From: Sulfurospirillaceae bacterium
Lineage (GTDB): Bacteria; Campylobacterota; Campylobacteria; Campylobacterales; Sulfurospirillaceae
NCBI GenBank assembly: GCA_028684065.1
Contig: JAQUGO010000007.1
Span: forward strand, 39,507 to 103,506
Direction: 5' to 3'
Length of the DNA stretch: 64,000 nucleotides
Position numbers and translations under genes: made by a program
Part shown: positions 17,482 to 25,741 of the stretch, piece by piece
Position numbering within the stretch: the first letter of the stretch is position 1
Layout of the letters: each line of letters starts with the position of its first letter
The notes under the pieces: model-generated
Databases searched by the model: none
What the model was told of the DNA's origin: nothing
What the model saw: the letters and a program-made list of their open reading frames with translations, nothing else

Positions 17482-18360
17482 TTATTTTTTTTCGATTACA
17501 ATTTCTTTGGTGATTACTGTGTTGGGTTTTGGCCACTCGTTGTAATAACCTAAAGCATTCGTGATACACTCTTTGCTGTGCAGTGTATAGCGCATGCTAT
17601 CGTGTGTATGTCCATAAATCCAAAGATTCCCATGCATGTTCTTAACCAACGCTTCTCCATCAAAGCAAAAGAATGAGGTACTAGGATTTCTAGCCCACTG
17701 TTTTGTTTGATGTTCAAATTCAATGCTTGGATTGTAGTGACTGACCATTACATCACAAGCTTGATGCACTGCTTTTAATTTGGCATATTCTTCTTCAAAG
17801 AGTTCATCAAAAAAGCTTAGTTTGGTATAGCGCTTGTCATTGATGCAATCGCTCCAAAGTTCTTGTAGAAAATCCTCCAAAGAGGGATAATAATGAGAAG
17901 CCTGCATGACTCCTAACTTTGCTTTGTTCTTTTTGGCATAAGCACTATGGTACCAACCCATAGCGCCACCAAATTTCACTCCTTCAATCTCTACCACTGA
18001 CCCATCAAGCACAATCATGCCAGCCTTTTCATAACTAGCTTTAGCTGCAGATGCTTTTTCCTGACCACTTTGATATAACGATTTATATTCACGATCTGCT
18101 ACATAGTAATCGTGATTTCCAAGTGTGAGGATAATCTCTTTGTAAAACTCTTCTTTGAGTATTTTTAGGATGTGGAGGTTTTGCACAATACTATGTCCAA
18201 TATCACCAGCTAAGACAAGATAATCAGCTTTAGGCTTGAATCTTCTCCAAAGACTGATAACCGTTTCATGGTGAGGATAAAGTTTTTTAGGCTCATCCAT
18301 ATGTGGGTATCCTAACCAGCTATCAAAATGGGTATCGCTTAAAATATCGATTAGCATCAT
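17482..18360 (-). CDS. calcineurin-like metallophosphoesterase (292 aa), paralog of 11775..12653
   Basis: Motifs DILSDTHFD, AGDIGH, GNHDYY and GHTHD. Long near-identical nucleotide blocks are shared with 11775..12653. Confidence 0.8.
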   Translation of the reverse strand: MMLIDILSDTHFDSWLGYPHMDEPKKLYPHHETVISLWRRFKPKADYLVLAGDIGHSIVQNLHILKILKEEFYKEIILTLGNHDYYVADREYKSLYQSGQEKASAAKASYEKAGMIVLDGSVVEIEGVKFGGAMGWYHSAYAKKNKAKLGVMQASHYYPSLEDFLQELWSDCINDKRYTKLSFFDELFEEEYAKLKAVHQACDVMVSHYNPSIEFEHQTKQWARNPSTSFFCFDGEALVKNMHGNLWIYGHTHDSMRYTLHSKECITNALGYYNEWPKPNTVITKEIVIEKK

Positions 18361-18403
18361 GACCTCTTTTTTATTTTCTATACATATGAGTATTTAATAT
18401 TAC

Positions 18404-18418
18404 TATCAAATAGGTAGT
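18404..18418. promoter_or_regulatory. 15-nt direct repeat TATCAAATAGGTAGT, copy 1
   Basis: Exact repeat of 18514..18528, in the divergent intergenic region. Confidence 0.5.
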
Positions 18419-18513
18419 TAATAGTTTATAAATGAAATAATACTATAGAATAGGAGATTAGTCAAGTAAAAATTATAAAATATATATTTTTTATGTTATT
18501 ATTTCTTTATAGA

Positions 18514-18528
18514 TATCAAATAGGTAGT
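18514..18528. promoter_or_regulatory. 15-nt direct repeat TATCAAATAGGTAGT, copy 2 (ends 3 nt before ATG 18532)
   Basis: Exact repeat of 18404..18418. Confidence 0.5.
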
Positions 18529-18531
18529 AAT

Positions 18532-19263
18532 ATGAAAACAGATGAAGTCTACGCACAACTCTTAGGATGTTCAGTATCAGGGTACTATAAGTGGAAAAAA
18601 CAGCAAAGACCAATTTTTACATTTTTAGAGAACTGTTTTACAAAAGACGAGTTAGAAACTTATTTGGTTACAGGCAATATTCCTGGAAAAATAGAGTTTG
18701 CGAATCGTGCTTATGTAGGGATGGATTCAAAGCTAGCTTATTTTATCACCAAGCCGGTAAAGCATAAGGTTTATCTTATTCTTCTTTTTACATATGGGAT
18801 ACTTGATAATGCGTGCGAAAATGCCATTGAACTGTTTGAAAAGAGACTGATCTCCCGTCAAGAATTATCTGATTTTATGCAACATTATCAACAAAATCTT
18901 TCATTTGAGCTCTCTTTATATATCAAAGAAAATCTCAATCAGAATTGGAAAGTATTTGAAAGGGATATTATTCGAGGAGGCATCAATGACTGGCTACCTC
19001 TTTATCTCGAAATTATTCAGCTTGCAATCAAACATGATTGCTTTGAAAAGGTGTTTGGGAACTATGATAATTCTCAAGAGCAGTGTTATGTTCCCAATCC
19101 TCCCGAAATGTTCGCCATTTTTGAAGGATGGGATGATATTGATGTACGCTATAAAGCAGTACTATCTAATATCAAAAAAGCCTTTCTGAGCAATACACTT
19201 GATTCATTACCGTTGTGGTCAACTTATGAACCTATTTTTACGATGAAAACTAATCCCAAATAA
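18532..19263 (+). CDS. hypothetical protein, possible N-terminal HTH (start trimmed to MKTDEVYAQLLG)
   Basis: The track ORF starts at 18493; the internal ATG at 18532 looks more likely. LGCSVSGYYKWKK resembles an HTH recognition region. Divergent from the phosphoesterase operon. Confidence 0.4.
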   Translation: MKTDEVYAQLLGCSVSGYYKWKKQQRPIFTFLENCFTKDELETYLVTGNIPGKIEFANRAYVGMDSKLAYFITKPVKHKVYLILLFTYGILDNACENAIELFEKRLISRQELSDFMQHYQQNLSFELSLYIKENLNQNWKVFERDIIRGGINDWLPLYLEIIQLAIKHDCFEKVFGNYDNSQEQCYVPNPPEMFAIFEGWDDIDVRYKAVLSNIKKAFLSNTLDSLPLWSTYEPIFTMKTNPK

Positions 19264-19269
19264 AATATT

Positions 19270-22200
19270 TTAATTTATTTTAGCAGCCAATAATTCCAAA
19301 TACATCTCCACCAAGGATTCATCCTTCAATGCATTGGCTGCTATTTCTAACACTTCCCAACCAAGCAACTTTGCTTTTGTGCGTTTGATTTTGTCTTTTT
19401 CAGCTTGAACAGGATTTCCATGGTAGCGCGTTGAAAGTCCATCGATGTATATCAATACTTTTTTGTCAATGTATGCGAAATCAGCAATGGTTGTTTCATT
19501 GCCTCGTAATTCAATTTCATGTTGTTGTGTCGGCTCAGGAAAATTATTTTTACGCAAAATATCCAAAAAAGCTTCTTCTGCTGGGCTATCTGTTTTATTT
19601 TCAGATTTTTTTGGAACTGCATTGTTTGGTATCATCATTTTTTCAATTGGGGCTTTTTTGTAGTTCTCTAAAAGATTGATAGCTTCAATGCGATTTAGAA
19701 CATTGTGATACTGTTGGTTGCTATAATTTAAAAGACACTTGTAGCACACATCTTCACAATCACATGCATTCAATTTGGCTATAGCTTTTTCAACGATAAT
19801 TGGTAAATTATCTAAAAAGAGTGAGAGATATCCACTCCCCCCTGGTAATGAATCGTAAAAGACCACATTGAATTGTCCATTATCTTTCGATTCAACGACG
19901 CCATCAATATCAAATTCTCTTATATCCAATATCTCAATGGCACCAAGTTTTAAAGACTCTAAAAAATTAGCAGCAATACTTGCAGATGCAAAGCCTTCAA
20001 AGATAATCAAATCAGATTCTAAATCAGTGTGTAAAGCATTCCAAAAGAACTTTGTATCACCAATAAAACAACGCTTTTTATGCTCTTCCATGAAATTAGC
20101 AATTTCAGCTTCACTAGCTTTTGGATGTCTTACAGAACCGCATGATGGGCAGATTAAAAATCCTAACTCTTTTTGACCATACATCCCTAGGTTTATGAGT
20201 CTTACATTGCCATTTTTGAGGTATTTTATTTTTGTTTTACCAATTTCATAGAGTGTTCCACCAAAATGTTTATCTAAAATGAGTGAACCAGTTTTAAAAC
20301 CAACTCTGACCCGTGACTCTCTAAGGTCATCTATCTTTTGAACTTTGTTTAAAACGATATCTACCATAGGAAAAGAAAAAAAGTTTTGGTACTCTTTATC
20401 GCCACCGTCATAGTCTCTGGTAAAGTTTTCCAAAATGGCGCCACTACTCGTTTCTAAAATCATATCTTTTCGGATATCTTCACTACTAAAGTTGACCTCT
20501 TTCTCTTTGATTTTTGCGAAATTGAGCCGTGTGATTTCAAAGATATTTTTATTGGCATAGACTTTATTTGCAGGAGTAAGTTCTCTTATGGCTATGGTGT
20601 TGGCTCTTGAAATTTCAAACAAAGGTTCAACACAAACAGCTCTCACACTCTCTCTGCCAAGGGCATAGCTTGGGAAAAAACCATCTTTGGCAAGGTAACT
20701 TAGTGTGTAGTTGTCTTGTTTATCACTAAGGTACCCTTCTAATGCCCTGTTATAAGCATTAAATTCTCTCTGTTCTGCTTTGTTTAAGACCTCTTTTTGA
20801 CGATAGGGAGCAAGAACACTTCGATATGTTTTTATCTCCAACATCAGTTCATCAAGATGCTTTTTTAAATCACTCGATACTTCTTTTGTAGCGCTCTTTA
20901 AAAACTCTTCATTGATGCTTTCTTTGTCTTCAAGTGTCCAGTGGTCAAAAAATATTTTTTTGATATCGCTGTAGATAGATTCGAAATTATCTTCTATTAT
21001 TTTTGCTAAAGCTTTAAAATCATCAACTTTTTCTTTAAACCCTGCATTTCCTATATCATCGTTGTAAGAGATATAACGAGAAATATATGTTGGAAAGGTC
21101 TCTTTGAGCAATGCTTCATCTTTGATATGGCTACGGAGCCATGTCAATATCGCAGAGTGAACATGTTTTCTCACAAGATTTTGGTTTGACATACTAAAGG
21201 TTGGTATGCGAATATTACCTGTTATCATCTCAGCAGGATTTTCAAAGAAATAGCTATCGTGTGATGCATTTTTACAGTAAGTGAACACTGTAGCTATGCG
21301 ATGCTTACGCCCTGCTCGACCTACTCTTTGTGTATAGTTTGGCGTTGATGGTGGCACATTTTTGAGTAAAACCATCTCAAGTTTACCAATATCCACACCC
21401 ATTTCGAGTGTTGGTGTTGCAACCAAAGCGTTACATGTACCATCAACTTTTTTAAACTCTTTTTCGATTTCTTCGCGCTTCTCTTTTCCAACTTGTGCGG
21501 AGTGTTCTTCTGGCTTTATAGGAGAATATTTTAGGCTTGTATACTGGAAAACATCGTAATTTTCTTTATCTAAAGGCTTATAAGTGACTTTACCTTTACA
21601 GTTGTATGTTGGGCAAGATAATGTCGGCAAAGCATGCATATAGACTTTTTTACAAACTTGACATTCGTAAGAGCCTTGAGTATGTTGAAAGCCAATTTTG
21701 TCTTTATTAAGTTGGTAAATTCGTTGTGCATTAAACAATGATGTTGTTTCGCCGTTGTAACCTTTATAGACCAAATCTACATTAACCAACAAATTGGTAT
21801 CAATTGCAAAATCCCATAATTTATCTAAAAATATATTGATATGCTGTGTGTGAATGACTGATTTTTTTAGCATCTCTTGTACGGAACTTCGACCATTTTT
21901 TGATTTGATAGCATGAATATAATTCGGAGCTTTTTCGTCACTGCTACTGGCTAAAAAAATGGCATGAGGGAAAGTATCTTTCATAAAAGGAATAATGCCA
22001 TCACGGACTTCTAGGTCTTTTTCATTCCATTTTCTTTTTGCTAATTCATCGCTTACAGCGCCTCGTTTTCGGATGAAATCTAAGATATTGTGAATGATAG
22101 CTTTGAGTTCATCCATAGAATTAAGCCCTAAGATATCAACATACTCCTCAAAGTCACTCAATTCGCTGTTAGAGATGCCATCGTATAAGACACTGACCAT

Positions 22201-24447
22201 ACCCAGTTGCTCTAAACTGACGCGTTGTCTGGAAGAGTAAAATTCATCGATTAAAAACCAACGGATGCGTTTACTCAGTTCATCTTGTTTGAATCCTCCA
22301 CCAGGGTAAATCCTTCTTGTTTCAGACTCTACAGATAAACGAGATACAAAACCATCATAACTGAGTGCTTCATCGTAGGGACTTTCAAAACTTTCAATGA
22401 TTTTATGCGCAATAAATCGAAGATAAAAACGCTTAGATCGCTCACTCATCCAACTGGCTGTAAAAGCAGCATCTTGCCTACCATCTGCAAATATCAAAAT
22501 CTTTTTGAGCTCTTCTTCGTTCATGGAGCTGAGCATTGTTTGCGCTAAAATCATCACATCTAGCACTTCAGTTGTTCTGATCTGAGTTATGGGTAAATAA
22601 TCACCTTTACTCGTCATGCCACACGCTTGACACTTCTCGGCTCCATTTTCTCCTACTTCAATGGCATGAACCTCGATAAGAGTATCGGTATTTCGGCATT
22701 TAGAGTTTTGGCATCCTTGGGCATTTTTCTTATGCAAGGCACCACAATGTTTACACAGATACATGAACTCCATTTTATTGCCATCGTACTCTTCATTGTA
22801 AAGCCTATGGGTAAAAAGCCAAGCACTCTGAGCCATTGGATCTATCTTCTGATAATCTCTGCGTGATTCATTAAAAGTATAAACACCAACGCTATTTTCA
22901 CTTACTGGGTCTCTATCAAATATTCCTTCATGGTAATGCTGACCGCATGTTCTGCAGATTTTAACATCAAATTTTAAACTTTTCGTATCGCTTTTTTTTG
23001 TAAAGTGAAGGGTCGGGCTTTGTGCATCTTCGTAACTTAGAGTGGCTTCATTAAGCCCTTTGACAAAATAGTGAAGCTTAGGTCTTATAACAGGCTCATT
23101 ATCAAAGCGTACAATCGCACCAAGGGTTAGATAAGAGAGTAACTCGGCTTCAAGTACTTTTTCACTTGCACTTTTGCGGTCGCCAATCGTTCGGATACGC
23201 TTAAATCCCTCACTTGGAATCTTGGGTATTGAAAATTCATTTTCGATTTGGCGTATATATTCACTGTGTGCCAATATATACCCACATTTATCTATGTTTT
23301 TGCCCGTTGCTGGTGGCTCAATGCCAGTTAGTTCTACTGCTAGCTTTAGTAGCGCATCACTGATTTCATCGACTTCTTCTTGTAAATGAAACGCTCTTGC
23401 TTCTTGCAAGATATCTTCAGCCAAATCAAGTGTTCGTGTAGGCAATTTAGAAGTTACAAACGCTTCTATCTCACGCTCTTTATACTCCTCTTCTACCACT
23501 TCGATACTCTGAGCACTAACACCAAAAAGCTTGCTTGCAAAAGTTCTGATGACCTTACTGCTGTCTTTATTGGCAACGGTGGCTGAAGTGCCGATACACT
23601 GAACGGTTGTAGGGAAAAGCGACTTTATACGACGGTTAAGACATGCAACTTCGCTTCCTAGAGCTCCTGTATAGGTATGGACTTCATCGTAAACCATAAA
23701 TTGCAATGTTGGTGTTCTAAACAGCTCTAAGTCTTTATCGCGCAATAAAAGATACTCAAGTTGTGAGTAGTTGGTTAAAAGAATTTGAGGTTTGTTTTTT
23801 AAAATCTCTTCACGCGTAAAGCACTCTTCAAACGGTAGAGGAATCTCTCCTGTTCTATTGAATATATCCATCTCTTCATGCGAGTACTTACGGCTAATTT
23901 CTAGCTTTTGACGGCTTGATGTGTTTTGATTGGTTTCACCCGTGTACCGACCAAAAGTCACACCCGTTCCTGCTAGCATAAAACGAAGTCGTTCTAATTG
24001 GTCATTGACAAGGGCATTCATAGGATAAACGATGATAGCCACCATACCATTTTGAGCACGATGCTTTAAACAATAATCAACGATAGGTAACAAAAAGCTC
24101 TCAGTTTTACCACTACCCGTACCCGTGGAAACGATAAGGTTTTTACCAGCATTAACAGCACGCAATGCCTTTTCTTGGTGTCTATGGATAGCCTCAAAAG
24201 GGAAAATATCTTTAAGTACAGGATGCAAAGCAAGTTCACTTTCCAAGTCTTTCATCTTGGCACCTTCAATAAAGGGCTTATTGAGGTAGATAAACGGCCC
24301 TTTTGAGATGAGATTGGCATCACCTGTTTGGAGTTTTTCATCAAACTGTTTTTTGATACCCTCATCGACTAAAGGAAAGTTTCCTTTGAGATAGCGCCCG
24401 TATTGTGTGATGACATCTTTACCAAATTGTACTGGATTTAATCCCAT
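19270..24447 (-). CDS. DEAD/DEAH helicase fused to DUF1998 (MrfA-type Zn domain) and a C-terminal DUF559/Vsr-like endonuclease domain; DrmA(+DrmB)-like / DruE-like
   Basis: Walker A GTGSGKTESFLLPI and DEVH. Helicase-C region TPTLEMGVDIG...QRVGRAGR. DUF1998-like cysteine motifs CPSCGS and CDCEDVCYKCLLNYSNQQYHNVLNR. C-terminus ADFAYIDKKVLIYIDG...EKDK...GWEVLEI. Confidence 0.8.
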   Translation of the reverse strand: MGLNPVQFGKDVITQYGRYLKGNFPLVDEGIKKQFDEKLQTGDANLISKGPFIYLNKPFIEGAKMKDLESELALHPVLKDIFPFEAIHRHQEKALRAVNAGKNLIVSTGTGSGKTESFLLPIVDYCLKHRAQNGMVAIIVYPMNALVNDQLERLRFMLAGTGVTFGRYTGETNQNTSSRQKLEISRKYSHEEMDIFNRTGEIPLPFEECFTREEILKNKPQILLTNYSQLEYLLLRDKDLELFRTPTLQFMVYDEVHTYTGALGSEVACLNRRIKSLFPTTVQCIGTSATVANKDSSKVIRTFASKLFGVSAQSIEVVEEEYKEREIEAFVTSKLPTRTLDLAEDILQEARAFHLQEEVDEISDALLKLAVELTGIEPPATGKNIDKCGYILAHSEYIRQIENEFSIPKIPSEGFKRIRTIGDRKSASEKVLEAELLSYLTLGAIVRFDNEPVIRPKLHYFVKGLNEATLSYEDAQSPTLHFTKKSDTKSLKFDVKICRTCGQHYHEGIFDRDPVSENSVGVYTFNESRRDYQKIDPMAQSAWLFTHRLYNEEYDGNKMEFMYLCKHCGALHKKNAQGCQNSKCRNTDTLIEVHAIEVGENGAEKCQACGMTSKGDYLPITQIRTTEVLDVMILAQTMLSSMNEEELKKILIFADGRQDAAFTASWMSERSKRFYLRFIAHKIIESFESPYDEALSYDGFVSRLSVESETRRIYPGGGFKQDELSKRIRWFLIDEFYSSRQRVSLEQLGMVSVLYDGISNSELSDFEEYVDILGLNSMDELKAIIHNILDFIRKRGAVSDELAKRKWNEKDLEVRDGIIPFMKDTFPHAIFLASSSDEKAPNYIHAIKSKNGRSSVQEMLKKSVIHTQHINIFLDKLWDFAIDTNLLVNVDLVYKGYNGETTSLFNAQRIYQLNKDKIGFQHTQGSYECQVCKKVYMHALPTLSCPTYNCKGKVTYKPLDKENYDVFQYTSLKYSPIKPEEHSAQVGKEKREEIEKEFKKVDGTCNALVATPTLEMGVDIGKLEMVLLKNVPPSTPNYTQRVGRAGRKHRIATVFTYCKNASHDSYFFENPAEMITGNIRIPTFSMSNQNLVRKHVHSAILTWLRSHIKDEALLKETFPTYISRYISYNDDIGNAGFKEKVDDFKALAKIIEDNFESIYSDIKKIFFDHWTLEDKESINEEFLKSATKEVSSDLKKHLDELMLEIKTYRSVLAPYRQKEVLNKAEQREFNAYNRALEGYLSDKQDNYTLSYLAKDGFFPSYALGRESVRAVCVEPLFEISRANTIAIRELTPANKVYANKNIFEITRLNFAKIKEKEVNFSSEDIRKDMILETSSGAILENFTRDYDGGDKEYQNFFSFPMVDIVLNKVQKIDDLRESRVRVGFKTGSLILDKHFGGTLYEIGKTKIKYLKNGNVRLINLGMYGQKELGFLICPSCGSVRHPKASEAEIANFMEEHKKRCFIGDTKFFWNALHTDLESDLIIFEGFASASIAANFLESLKLGAIEILDIREFDIDGVVESKDNGQFNVVFYDSLPGGSGYLSLFLDNLPIIVEKAIAKLNACDCEDVCYKCLLNYSNQQYHNVLNRIEAINLLENYKKAPIEKMMIPNNAVPKKSENKTDSPAEEAFLDILRKNNFPEPTQQHEIELRGNETTIADFAYIDKKVLIYIDGLSTRYHGNPVQAEKDKIKRTKAKLLGWEVLEIAANALKDESLVEMYLELLAAKIN

Positions 24448-24515
24448 ATGTGCCCTTTAGATAGTTTTTTATTTAATGTTTTATATACTAAAAACTTTAT
24501 ATTTTAAGTAACTAT

Positions 24516-24938
24516 TTAGATTATTTTACCGACTACACAATCTGTAGGTCTTGTCTTATTCCAAACTTCAATTAATTTAATTTTTGAACGCTTAAACCAT
24601 TCATGTATATTTTTAATTTCTCGGTTACTAAAGCCACTATTTTCTAATTCTTCACAATTATCAATTCTCAAAGAAGCTTTTTTAGATTCATTGGAAATAT
24701 GAAAATGTGGTGGAGCATGTTCATTTGAATAAATCTCTATCTTTAGTTTTCCTATTCTATCAACCAGATGTCTAGCTTCGATGATTTCACCATCTTCATT
24801 AAAATAAGCACCTGACATAAGAAATCCAAATAGATGTCTTTCAAAGTCTTCCATATTTTCCAAAATATCAAATTTTGCATGATGAAAATAAATTCCAAGC
24901 TTTCGATATTGCTCAATTGTCATAGTTGATAACTTCAT
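24516..24938 (-). CDS. DUF4160-like protein
   Basis: The EHAPPHFHI motif is characteristic of DUF4160. About 60 aa of extra N-terminal sequence. Confidence 0.5.
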   Translation of the reverse strand: MKLSTMTIEQYRKLGIYFHHAKFDILENMEDFERHLFGFLMSGAYFNEDGEIIEARHLVDRIGKLKIEIYSNEHAPPHFHISNESKKASLRIDNCEELENSGFSNREIKNIHEWFKRSKIKLIEVWNKTRPTDCVVGKII

Positions 24939-24947
24939 TTTATGCCA

Positions 24948-25184
24948 TCAAGCCAGCAGGATACCGGCATATACACTCGCTCCAATTGCCCAAGTCACCT
25001 CAAGCATAGAAACAAGAAAAGTTAAAATTGTTCTTTTAAAGCTTTGTTTTGTCATAGTTTCCTCCAAGTGTATTATTTTGTTTTGCAGTGTTAATGCAGC
25101 AAATTTTAAAAATGTTAGACCTGTGACAACTAGAGCTCCTGTATAGCTTTCTCCTACGACCCCAACAGTTCCTGTTGGCTTCAT
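24948..25184 (-). CDS. small hypothetical protein with C-terminal TM
   Basis: ATGA start/stop overlap with the upstream gene, and 9 nt before the next start. The packing suggests a real gene. Confidence 0.3.
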   Translation of the reverse strand: MKPTGTVGVVGESYTGALVVTGLTFLKFAALTLQNKIIHLEETMTKQSFKRTILTFLVSMLEVTWAIGASVYAGILLA

Positions 25185-25741
25185 GGTACTGAATACTCCT
25201 CTTTTTCTTCTCCATTTTCAAATATTTTGACTTCAAACTTGTACCCATTGTCAAGTTTTGTATGAATATTTATAAATACACCATATTCATATCTCAAACT
25301 TCTTTCAAACACACCTGTATATTTACAAAGTTTGAGTTTATCATAATCATAGGAAACAGTTGATGAAGATTTTTTCAGTTCAAAAATAATTAAATTTTTA
25401 TCATTTCTCCCTCGTTTATGAACAATGATATCAGGATAAACTGATACTGAGTAGTATATTTCATCGTCCACTTCAATACTATTTCTGTTAGTTTCACTTC
25501 GTCTAAATCTTAGAATCTCATCCGCTGGTAAAATAATTTCTTTTCGCCTATTAGCAGCGTCTACATTGACATTATATTCGCAATCTACATGATAATCAGC
25601 ATATATTTTTTGTAGATGGTTCGCTAAACAATGTGCAATTGAGCGTTCACTTCCATTATTTTTAAGCAAGTGATTGTCATGATGTTGCAGTTCACGAAGT
25701 GCTTTTTCAATACTTTCTTTTAAAATTTCTCTTGTCATCAA
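25181..25741 (-). CDS. PD-(D/E)xK-type nuclease-like protein
   Basis: VDCEYN ... YPDIIVH ... LIIFELKKS fits a D...(D/E)xK arrangement. It overlaps the methylase stop by 4 nt. Confidence 0.45.
   Translation of the reverse strand: MMTREILKESIEKALRELQHHDNHLLKNNGSERSIAHCLANHLQKIYADYHVDCEYNVNVDAANRRKEIILPADEILRFRRSETNRNSIEVDDEIYYSVSVYPDIIVHKRGRNDKNLIIFELKKSSSTVSYDYDKLKLCKYTGVFERSLRYEYGVFINIHTKLDNGYKFEVKIFENGEEKEEYSVP

Noticed and set aside
16970-17569. N-terminal 33 codons of the track ORF 16970..17569
   Set aside because: They overlap the 3' end of the upstream phosphoesterase gene in another frame. An internal ATG at 17470 with an AAGGA upstream gives a non-overlapping gene.
25036-25254. 72-aa ORF overlapping 24948..25184 and the end of 25181..25741
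   Set aside because: It competes with a frame that has ATGA-type coupling to its neighbours, and it has no motif.
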